Positions 40,603 to 51,088 of a DNA stretch of 64,000 nt are shown here, piece after piece. A program made the position numbers and the translations under genes. The DNA is from Anaerolineae bacterium (GTDB taxonomy: Bacteria > Chloroflexota > Anaerolineae > JAAEKA01). Location: the NCBI GenBank assembly GCA_049299095.1, contig JBAQWV010000143.1, positions 25,000 to 88,999 of the forward strand, read 5' to 3'. The notes under the pieces are model-generated. The model saw nothing but the letters and a program-made list of their open reading frames with translations. It was not told the origin of the DNA and did no database searches. Every line of letters begins with the position of its first letter. Position 1 is the first letter of the stretch.

Positions 40603-41228
40603 CTAGTAGATCACATGCCACGCCCAGAGCGGCGTGCCGCCTGGAATATTGTAATCCCATCTGACCCTTTTTCGGTCGACACAATGTTGGCTGCCCAATA
40701 GCCTCCATTGCCCGATCTGATCTCCTTCTTGTACATTCCCCCATCCCACGATTACTCGGCCATGATCGGGGCCATTGAAGGGATTGGTGGGTAGATTCAT
40801 TACAAAAAAAAATCGCCCGCACTTAGGGACGACGGCCCACTGGAGATGTATTGATACCTTGAAGACTGATACTGCGACGCGTGAGTGTTGAGCCAATCTG
40901 CGGCAGCCCACGTCCTTGACACTTTCCACACTAGCAAAACTTTGTAGGCGTACCAACGCAGCGCATCATTGCTTCCTCTGATCTGCGGTATGCCACCTTG
41001 CTCCAAAACTTGTGATATGAAGTTGGTGCAGTCATTGCAGCCATTGTCAGTTCCATAGTTCGGGTAATTGCTGGGACGGTCTTTGGCATGCGCGTCAGCC
41101 CAAGCGACAGCGGATGATCGGTTATAGACTCCGGCGTATACTTGACTGGTGTGCAGCATGATCACAGTCGTAATCACGAGTACCAGCGCAGTTGCAGCAA
41201 CGAGTTTTATTGGACGCATGGTTACCAC
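40603..41228 (-). pseudogene. Putative amidase-domain (Amidase_6/PF12671-like) secreted protein interrupted by a frameshift at an A9/T9 homopolymer
   Basis: ORF 41228..40800 (…GCNDCTNFISQVLEQGG…SAGDFFL*) stops at a T9 run (A9 at 40804-40812, plus strand). ORF 40956..40603 continues in another frame (FFFVMNLPTNPFNGPDHGRVIVGW…). Inserting one T fuses them into a single ~210-aa protein. Confidence 0.55.
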
Positions 41229-41348
41229 CTTAGATTCGATTTACTTGTTGGGCTGTTGATCCGCCGGACTTTCCCGCAACAACCACAACTCTATCACATC
41301 CCGAGGTCCTTGTCATCCGTAAAACTACCAGATTCTATTCACCTAACT

Positions 41349-42035
41349 CTATCTGGTTTTCGCTCCATGCCACCAGTCCGGGGGCAGGTTGTCGCGAATC
41401 CACACAGCCAGCGCCAGCCGCGACAAAACGCCGACCTTGTCCAGCGCGTTGCCCATGTGGTACTCAACAGTTCTTGGAGTGATTTGCAGCGCTTCCGCCA
41501 TCTGCTTGGTGTCCATGTCTCGTGCTGCCAGCCTTGCCACCGCGCGCTCTTGCACCGTCAAGTTGAGCCAGCGTGATCCCACTTCCTCCCTCCACCGCCG
41601 CGCCCGCGATCTCTCTTCTTGCGTCCAAATCGTCTCACCTCCAGCAACGCGGCGCAGTGCTGCAATGAGCATCTCAGGTGAAGCGGCTTTTGGCAAGAAG
41701 CCGGCGATGCTGCTGCTCTCCATTGCACCGAGATAGCGATCGTCATCAAAGGCTGTCAATCCCACCACGCCAGTGCTCGGACAGTTTGTCTGCACCCATG
41801 CAACGATCTCTAAAGGATCTGAATTTGGCATGTTGAGGCTCAGGATCAGGACATCCGGCGTCAAACCGTTCATACCACTCAACAATGCCTCTGCATCACC
41901 GAATTCAGCCATGACTCGCATATCATCCACCGGTTCCAGCTGTTGGCGCAAGGAAGCGCTAAACAATGCATGGTCATCTGCGATCACGACATGGATAGTG
42001 CGTTGGCAGGTCAAATTTTCCTCCACAAACAACAC
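41349..42035 (-). CDS. LuxR/NarL-family response regulator with atypical receiver (phospho-acceptor Asp replaced by Ser)
   Basis: REC domain VVIADDH...DVLILSLNMP...LTAF...LPKAAS, where the canonical D of the hDhhhhDhxMP motif is S. C-terminal LuxR HTH LTVQERAVARLAARDMDTKQMAEALQITPRTVEYHMGNALDKVG. No histidine kinase nearby. Confidence 0.7.
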   Translation of the reverse strand: MLFVEENLTCQRTIHVVIADDHALFSASLRQQLEPVDDMRVMAEFGDAEALLSGMNGLTPDVLILSLNMPNSDPLEIVAWVQTNCPSTGVVGLTAFDDDRYLGAMESSSIAGFLPKAASPEMLIAALRRVAGGETIWTQEERSRARRWREEVGSRWLNLTVQERAVARLAARDMDTKQMAEALQITPRTVEYHMGNALDKVGVLSRLALAVWIRDNLPPDWWHGAKTR

Positions 42036-42179
42036 CCTCTCATGAAAGGTCGAAGTTATTCTCTAAAACAGTTAGTATCCATCATACTAAATTCAGCTGC
42101 CCTGTCAAATGGAGTTCAATCCTCCTGTGCGCGCCCGCGCGCAAGCTGGCGGCGGTGCGCGAAAGCAACCTGCGCCGGA

Positions 42180-42208
42180 TTGACACGCTCCCCCGAACCG
42201 GCTATAAT
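42180..42208 (+). promoter_or_regulatory. Consensus sigma-A promoter driving the valS T-box leader
   Basis: TTGACA (42180-42185), 17-nt spacer, TATAAT (42203-42208). Confidence 0.6.
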
Positions 42209-42214
42209 CCTTCC

Positions 42215-42545
42215 ACCTGAAAACAAACAACAACTGTGAACCGGAGGAGTAAGCGGACTGCCGTCGCCAGGGAAGACAGGCCAGCGATTGAGAGCCTGTC
42301 CCGATGTGAGCACCGCCGAAGGTCGCCGGTGAGTTGATGGGCTGAGATCGGTGACTGGTAAACGGTTATCGGTGATCCGCGGTTAGACACTCATCTGACC
42401 GATCACCGATTACTGATCACCCAAGTAGGCCAACCCGGGTGCGCCCGTTACAGCGATCGAGTGGATAGCTGGCCGCGCTGGCTGTCAAACAAGGTGGTAC
42501 CGCGAAAGCTCCTTTCGTCCTTGTGACGATGGAGCTTTTTTATAT
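42215..42545 (+). promoter_or_regulatory. T-box riboswitch leader with intrinsic terminator upstream of valS
   Basis: Conserved T-box core GGTGGTACCGCG at 42493-42504. Followed by terminator aaagctcc tttcgtccttgtgacgat ggagcttttttat (T-run 42536-42541). ~330-nt leader, canonical for aminoacyl-tRNA synthetase genes. Confidence 0.7.
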
Positions 42546-42564
42546 CTGGAATGAGGTTCTTTAT

Positions 42565-45303
<2,739 letters not shown>

Positions 45304-45306
45304 CCC

Positions 45307-46230
45307 ATGCCGCAACGATACCAACCTCTTCGCCGGAGTGCCGCGCTGCTGCTTTTTGCCATGCTGCTGGTGGCGTGCAGTGTGCCCGGCGCTCCGGTGA
45401 CATCACAAACCGATACGGCCGCGAACCAACCTGCCAACTTGCCGGAACACTGCACACTGGACGGCGCAGTGCAGAGCTGGCTGCTGCTGCCGTCGGATCC
45501 GCCGCGGTCGGGTCTAATGGATGCCTACCAGACAGGCGAGATCATTGACTTCCAGGCTACGATTATCGGCAGCGACGACAGCCCTGCCTTGCAGCCGCAC
45601 CGCCGTTTCATGCTGCGCGACGCGGCCGAGGGCATTGTGCTGTGGCTCGATTATCAGGGCGATCCGCCCCCGCTGGTGCAGGGGATGAGCTACCGCTTTG
45701 TGGCCTGGGCGGATTTTGCGCCTCCCCCTGCGGCAACACCGACCCCTTCCGCTGACCCGCGCGCGGCGATTCCAGATGCACTGCGCTTCGAGATGCAAAT
45801 TTACGACACAACCGGGCTGCTGTTTGTTGGCAGTACTGATGTACAAGAGCAGGACCCGCAACTTGGCCTGACGATGGAAGATGCCCGCGGCGATTGCCCT
45901 GCACTCCCCCCGCGCAGCAATGCCTGTGTAAAGACGCGCCGGGTGCTGCCGCTGGCGATCGAATGGGGCGACGGCGACCTGACACTCTATCCGGGTGAAG
46001 ATGGTGAGATCGTGCGGCGAGGTGTGGCGTATACAGTGTCCCTGTTTCGCAACCGGCAAGTGACGTATGCTGACCCGCCCTGCGACGGCTACACGGAATA
46101 TGCGCGTTCGCTGCGGATTGACCGGCTGGAGCCACCGCCGCTCAGCCCTACCCTGACACCGACGCCCCGACCGGCCCCTGTGATTGTGCCGACTGCACCG
46201 ATCACAACCACCGCGCCGATCACGCCGTAA
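45307..46230 (+). CDS. Hypothetical lipoprotein
   Basis: Signal peptide with lipobox LLLVACS. Pro/Thr-rich C-terminus. No known motif. Confidence 0.45.
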   Translation: MPQRYQPLRRSAALLLFAMLLVACSVPGAPVTSQTDTAANQPANLPEHCTLDGAVQSWLLLPSDPPRSGLMDAYQTGEIIDFQATIIGSDDSPALQPHRRFMLRDAAEGIVLWLDYQGDPPPLVQGMSYRFVAWADFAPPPAATPTPSADPRAAIPDALRFEMQIYDTTGLLFVGSTDVQEQDPQLGLTMEDARGDCPALPPRSNACVKTRRVLPLAIEWGDGDLTLYPGEDGEIVRRGVAYTVSLFRNRQVTYADPPCDGYTEYARSLRIDRLEPPPLSPTLTPTPRPAPVIVPTAPITTTAPITP

Positions 46231-46237
46231 ACAAATC

Positions 46238-46672
46238 ATGCCTGACGAATTTCTGACGATTAACGACACGGTCTTCATCCCCTCTAGCGAGCTAGCTTTT
46301 CGCTATGCGCGCAGCAGCGGGCCGGGGGGGCAGCATGTGCAGCGCACCGAAACCAAGGTTGAATTACTCTTCGACTTGCTCCATTCGCCCAGCCTGAACG
46401 AAGAGCAACGCCAGCGCGCGCTGGCACGGCTGGCTGGACGCGTGGACACGGACGGCGTGTTGCACTTGACGTCGCAGGCAGGCCGCAGCCAGCTCGATAA
46501 TCGCAATGATGTCATCGAACGCTTTCGTCGCCTGCTGGCGGCCGCGCTGAAGCCGCCCAAGGCCCGTCGCGCCACACGTCCCAGCGCCACAGCCCGCGCG
46601 GCCCGCCTGGAAGCCAAAAAGCAGCGCGGCGCAGTCAAACGGCAGCGCGGGCGCGTGGCGCGCGACGAATGA
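46238..46672 (+). CDS. arfB: Peptidyl-tRNA hydrolase ArfB (alternative ribosome-rescue factor B)
   Basis: GGQ motif SSGPGGQHVQRTETKV. Basic C-terminal tail KPPKARRATRP...KKQRGAVKRQRG. Start trimmed to ATG 46238. Confidence 0.8.
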   Translation: MPDEFLTINDTVFIPSSELAFRYARSSGPGGQHVQRTETKVELLFDLLHSPSLNEEQRQRALARLAGRVDTDGVLHLTSQAGRSQLDNRNDVIERFRRLLAAALKPPKARRATRPSATARAARLEAKKQRGAVKRQRGRVARDE

Positions 46673-46708
46673 CGCGTAGCGTCATAAACGCCAGAAGTTG
46701 TGATGTTT

Positions 46709-46737
46709 TTGACAATGCCTTGTGCGCATGTTATAAT
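46709..46737 (+). promoter_or_regulatory. Perfect consensus sigma-A promoter upstream of the Rieske/cyt b/cyt c operon
   Basis: TTGACA (46709-46714), 17-nt spacer, TATAAT (46732-46737). Confidence 0.6.
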
Positions 46738-46892
46738 CTCAAACTAACCAACCTTTTGTTGTCCGGATAGTCTTGCGTCCCATAAACCGGCGACAAAATC
46801 CCGATCTTTTTTTGTTTTTCCTACAATCCGATACGTCGCTGTATCACTTTATACAGCTCCGTCGCGCATCCACCCAGGAGGTAATAAGGCTT

Positions 46893-47603
46893 ATGGCCAA
46901 CCCCAAACCCTCTGATACGGGCGAGGAATTAAGCCCGGAACAACAGAAGTTTGCCGAAACCAAGCGGCAACAGAAGGCTGCGGACGCGGCCGCTGGTACA
47001 GAACATCGGTCAGATCGCGGTCAGTATCTCAAAACAGGCCGACAGCAAAAAGAGGAAGACAAGGCTGAACAGAAGACAGCACGCGTCAAGGGTCCGCGCG
47101 TTTCACGTCGTGAGTTTCTGAACTACGCGTGGGGTGCGGCAATGGGCGTTGTGTTGGCTGAAGCTGGTGCGGCCAGCTTTATGTTTGCCATGCCACGTTT
47201 CCGTGAAGGTGAGTTTGGCGGTTTGTTCCCCCTGGGGACTGGTTCAGCGATGCCTGGTGTGGAAGTCGGCCCGCTCCGCAATCTGGACGGCCAATTCTGG
47301 CTCAGCAATGAACCGGACGGCGTGCGCGCCTTGTACCGCGTCTGCACGCACTTGGGCTGCTTGTACGAATGGAAAGACCAGACTTTCCGCTTTGAATGCC
47401 CCTGTCACGGCTCGAAGTTTGAAAAGAATGGTGTTTACATCGAAGGCCCCGCGCCGCGCTCGCTGGATCAATTCAAGATTCAGAAGAAGGTTAATGGCGA
47501 GGTTGTTGAAGAAACCACGACCGGCGGCCAGCCATTGACGGTAGATACTAACGCTGAATACGTCGTGGACACAGGCGTGGTCATTAAGGGCCAACCGCAT
47601 TAA
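46893..47603 (+). CDS. Rieske [2Fe-2S] iron-sulfur protein of a cytochrome bc/b6f-type complex
   Basis: Rieske boxes CTHLGC and CPCHGS. N-terminal TM. Start trimmed to ATG 46893 after CAGGAGG RBS. Confidence 0.85.
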   Translation: MANPKPSDTGEELSPEQQKFAETKRQQKAADAAAGTEHRSDRGQYLKTGRQQKEEDKAEQKTARVKGPRVSRREFLNYAWGAAMGVVLAEAGAASFMFAMPRFREGEFGGLFPLGTGSAMPGVEVGPLRNLDGQFWLSNEPDGVRALYRVCTHLGCLYEWKDQTFRFECPCHGSKFEKNGVYIEGPAPRSLDQFKIQKKVNGEVVEETTTGGQPLTVDTNAEYVVDTGVVIKGQPH

Positions 47604-47626
47604 ACCTTGCCGAGGAGTCGCAAACT

Positions 47627-49303
47627 ATGAGCATAGCCAACAACGTTATGCAAGAGATTCGTAAGCAGGGACTGTTCCAGTGGATATTGAGACAGCTTGA
47701 TGTCCTGATTACCCGCCTTACCACGGGTATGAACTGGAGTGATCTCCGTGGGTTGGCCCGTGGCGATGAACCGCGTCGCCCCAACCCCCGTCTCACGGTC
47801 CATTCCGAATCTTTTTTCTTTCACATTAAGCCCAGTTATTACCATCAATCGGTTACAAAATTTGCCCATACGTTTCGCCTAGGGCTGCTTAGCACCTATT
47901 TCTTTATTCTCGAAACGATCACCGGCGTGTTCCTGATGATTTTTTATGCGCCCACGCCGGAACGGGCTTATACCGATATGATCACCATCCTGACCAATGT
48001 GCCGTTCGGCCAGTTCATGCGCGATATTCATCGCCTGGGCGCTGAAGGTATGGTCATCGTGGTATTCCTGCACATGGTACGCACCTTCCTGACCGGCTCT
48101 TACAAAAAGCCGCGTCAGTTCACCTGGTTGACAGGTGTTGTGCTGCTGCTGGCAACGCTGCTGATGAGCTTTAGCGGCTATCTACTCCCTTGGGATCAGT
48201 TAGCTTACTGGGCGGTGACCATCGGCACCAGCATGGCCGACAAAGCCCCCTTGGTTGGCACGCAAGCCAAGCTACTGCTGCTGGGTGCGCCCAGCATCGG
48301 CGCGGGCGGTTTGTTGCGCTTCTATCTGCTGCACGTTTTGTTCGTGCCCCTGGTGGTTATCTTCGTCTTCTTCATCCACTACTACAAAGTGGTACGCGTG
48401 GGCATCTCCTTGCCCGCATCGGAAGAGGAAGTCGGCCAGGATACTGCCAAGCGTGTACCGGCTGACAAGCGTCGCTACTACCTGCCCGATGTGCTCACCG
48501 ATGAAATGGTGTTCCTCGGTATCGTTACCTTCATCCTGCTGGCGATGATCGTCTTCAACATCTATCCCGGCGCACCGCTGGAGCATCACGCCAATCCAAA
48601 CAAGACTCCACTCCACACGGAAGCCCCGTGGTATTTCCTCTGGATTCAGGGCTTACTGAAGCTGGGTGATCCCACGGTGATGGGCGTCATTGTCCCTGGC
48701 TTGGTGTTCGGTTTCCTGGCCATCATCCCGTACATTGACTTCAACCCCAGCCGCAAGGCCAAAGATCGTCGTGTGGCGATTGCTTTATGGATGGTTTCGA
48801 TGGCTGTGCTGGTCGTCCTGACCTGGATGGGTACACCCTTCTTCATGGTTGAATCGCCCCCTGCCGAGGAGGTCGTCCAGATCATGATGCCAGAGGAAAA
48901 GGCTGGCGCAGTGCGCGAGACCGATTGGGACTTGCTCACCATCGGTCAATGGGACACCACGCAGGACAACAGGACCGCTAGCTTCGCTATTCAGAATTTG
49001 ATGACTGAATATCGCCATCTGATTGAAGAAGAGCACGCGAAAGCTGTGGAACGCCACGAGGCCAAGCTGGAAAAGGCCCGCGCCATCAGCAACCCCACAG
49101 ATGCGGAACAAGCTGCGCTGGCAAAGCTAGAGGCCACGGATCCGGGCCTACCCAACGGTTACGGCAAGATGATTATCGAAAACTGGCAGGATGGTCTCAA
49201 AAAGATCACCATGCGCGTGTTCTGGACGCCGGCTGGCAGCAGCGAGCAGACGTTTGAGAAGACCTTCTATGTCAGCAACGGCTCCAACTATGATGGGCGG
49301 TGA
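47627..49303 (+). CDS. Cytochrome b (fused b6-like N-terminal and subunit-IV-like C-terminal regions plus C-terminal extension)
   Basis: Cytochrome b N-terminal region with haem-ligand His context (…DIHRLGAEGMVIVVFLHMVRTF…). Multiple TM helices. 558 aa. GAGGAG RBS. Confidence 0.8.
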   Translation: MSIANNVMQEIRKQGLFQWILRQLDVLITRLTTGMNWSDLRGLARGDEPRRPNPRLTVHSESFFFHIKPSYYHQSVTKFAHTFRLGLLSTYFFILETITGVFLMIFYAPTPERAYTDMITILTNVPFGQFMRDIHRLGAEGMVIVVFLHMVRTFLTGSYKKPRQFTWLTGVVLLLATLLMSFSGYLLPWDQLAYWAVTIGTSMADKAPLVGTQAKLLLLGAPSIGAGGLLRFYLLHVLFVPLVVIFVFFIHYYKVVRVGISLPASEEEVGQDTAKRVPADKRRYYLPDVLTDEMVFLGIVTFILLAMIVFNIYPGAPLEHHANPNKTPLHTEAPWYFLWIQGLLKLGDPTVMGVIVPGLVFGFLAIIPYIDFNPSRKAKDRRVAIALWMVSMAVLVVLTWMGTPFFMVESPPAEEVVQIMMPEEKAGAVRETDWDLLTIGQWDTTQDNRTASFAIQNLMTEYRHLIEEEHAKAVERHEAKLEKARAISNPTDAEQAALAKLEATDPGLPNGYGKMIIENWQDGLKKITMRVFWTPAGSSEQTFEKTFYVSNGSNYDGR

Positions 49304-49309
49304 TGACTT

Positions 49310-50122
49310 ATGAAAAACATCATGACTAAAATCACAGTTGGCTTGCTGGCAATGGTCGTATTGGCGCTTATTCTGCTGGTCTTCGTAGCCCGGCCAGAAG
49401 CTGCCCGCCTGCCGGCTGAAACAACCAACTTTGCATCCCGCTCGATTGAAAATGGCGCACTGATCTTCGAAGCCAACTGCATCGGCTGCCACGGCGTTCA
49501 GGGCAAGGGCATTCCTGGTGTCGCACCAGCCTTAAATACGGCCGAATTCTTCACCAACCGGCTAACCGAAATAGGCTACGTCGGTTCACTGCGCACCTTT
49601 ATCGAAAGCACGGTTAACTCCGGTCGCCCGGTTGGCAGCGGCCAGTATAGTGGCAAGATGGCAACCTGGGGCAAGCAATATGGTGGTCCCCTGCGCCCAG
49701 ATCAGGTTTCGGACGTGGCTTCGTTTATCCTGAATTGGGAAGCGACAGCAATGGGCACGACAGTTCTCATCACCAGCACAGCCACTGGCCCCACCATTGA
49801 CGAAAGCCTGCCGCCGGTTGAGCTTGGCAAGGCCGTCTACGCGGCTAACGGGTGTTCTGGCTGTCATGGCGACCCCGCTACCGGCACAGCTGGTGCGGTC
49901 GGCCCCACCATGGCCGGCATCGCGACACGCGGTGGCAACGAAGTGGCTGGCTTGTCCGCAGAAGAGTATATCCGCCAGTCCATCCTGCAGCCGAATGCCC
50001 ATCTTGTGGCACAGTGCCCGACCGGCGCTTGTCTGCCGAACCTGATGCCGCAAACGTTCGCAACGACCATCCCGCCCAAGCAACTTGACGGCCTGGTTGA
50101 ATACCTGCTGACGCTGAAATAA
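49310..50122 (+). CDS. Membrane-anchored dihaem cytochrome c
   Basis: Two CxxCH motifs (CIGCHG, CSGCHG). N-terminal TM anchor. Confidence 0.8.
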   Translation: MKNIMTKITVGLLAMVVLALILLVFVARPEAARLPAETTNFASRSIENGALIFEANCIGCHGVQGKGIPGVAPALNTAEFFTNRLTEIGYVGSLRTFIESTVNSGRPVGSGQYSGKMATWGKQYGGPLRPDQVSDVASFILNWEATAMGTTVLITSTATGPTIDESLPPVELGKAVYAANGCSGCHGDPATGTAGAVGPTMAGIATRGGNEVAGLSAEEYIRQSILQPNAHLVAQCPTGACLPNLMPQTFATTIPPKQLDGLVEYLLTLK

Positions 50123-50127
50123 CATAG

Positions 50128-50168
50128 CAAACAGGCAACTGGAATCCTTTCTGGTTGCCTGTTTTTTC
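50128..50168 (+). terminator. Internal hairpin plus T-tract between the two cytochrome c genes (possible attenuator/partial terminator)
   Basis: aacaggcaac tggaatcctttctg gttgcctgtt ttttc. Confidence 0.5.
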
Positions 50169-50185
50169 AGCCGTAAGGAGTCAAC

Positions 50186-51004
50186 ATGAAACAAGTACGC
50201 ATGGCACGTCTCTTAGGCGCTGGCGCGCTCATCGCGCTGTTGCTCATCATTGGTACGCTCACGACCTGGGCGCAGGAAGGCGGCAGCGGCGACGTTACCC
50301 GCGGTTCGCAAATCTTCGATGCCAACTGTGCGGTCTGTCACGGGCCAGATGGCAAGGGACGCGTCGGCGCGAACCTATCCAACGCTTTTTCCGCCATTGA
50401 TCCCGTCGCTTTTGCCCGCTCGGTCGTCGAACAAGGGGTTAGCGGCACACCGATGATCCCCTGGAGCAAGAAATATGGCGGCCCGCTGGATGACCAGCAG
50501 CTTGAGGACGTAATTGCTTTCGTAACCAGCCTGAGCGGCGGGCGCAGCAGCATGGCCCCCACGGCCACCCCCTTCCCTGTGACACCAGTTCCACCGGTCC
50601 CCGGAGCCACTGGCGATCCCACGCACGGCAAGCTGCTCTTCCTGCAAAACTGTTCCGTCTGCCACGGCGATCAGGGTCAGGGGCGCATCGGCGCAGCACT
50701 CACCAAGGGCTTCTCCAGCTTCAACCCGCAACAGTTTGCCCGCACCACCATCGCGCAGGGTGTGGCGAACTCGCCCATGCCCGCCTGGGATCAGGCCTAC
50801 GGCGGCCCGCTGACCGCGAGCGAGATTGACGATATTTCGTCGTATCTAATCACCCTGCCCGCGCAGGCTGTCACTCCCAGTATGGTCACCGTGCAAACAC
50901 CGGTCAAAAACACCAACTGGCTGGTCGTCTTGCTGGTGATCGTTGCGGCAATCATCCTGGCCGTGATGGTGATGCTCTTCTCTGGACGAAATAATCCAGC
51001 TTAA
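50186..51004 (+). CDS. Dihaem cytochrome c with signal peptide and C-terminal TM anchor
   Basis: CAVCHG and CSVCHG. C-terminal WLVVLLVIVAAIILAVMVMLF. AAGGAG RBS. Confidence 0.8.
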   Translation: MKQVRMARLLGAGALIALLLIIGTLTTWAQEGGSGDVTRGSQIFDANCAVCHGPDGKGRVGANLSNAFSAIDPVAFARSVVEQGVSGTPMIPWSKKYGGPLDDQQLEDVIAFVTSLSGGRSSMAPTATPFPVTPVPPVPGATGDPTHGKLLFLQNCSVCHGDQGQGRIGAALTKGFSSFNPQQFARTTIAQGVANSPMPAWDQAYGGPLTASEIDDISSYLITLPAQAVTPSMVTVQTPVKNTNWLVVLLVIVAAIILAVMVMLFSGRNNPA

Positions 51005-51022
51005 AGCCCGCCTTCTTCGATA

Positions 51023-51060
51023 AAAAAAGTCCCTGCGCTCATGGCAGGGACTTTTTTTTA
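51023..51060. terminator. Bidirectional intrinsic terminator between the convergent cyt c gene and the minus-strand gene
   Basis: aaaaaa agtccctgc gctcat ggcagggact ttttttt. Confidence 0.75.
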
Positions 51061-51088
51061 TCGCTACACTTGCAACAAGCAAAAAACG

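Noticed and set aside
40603-41228. Treating 40800..41228 and 40603..40956 as two independent small genes
   Set aside because: The second ORF has no RBS or start of its own that makes sense. The two frames join into one domain-consistent protein by a single-base change in an A9/T9 tract. A frameshifted single gene is more parsimonious.
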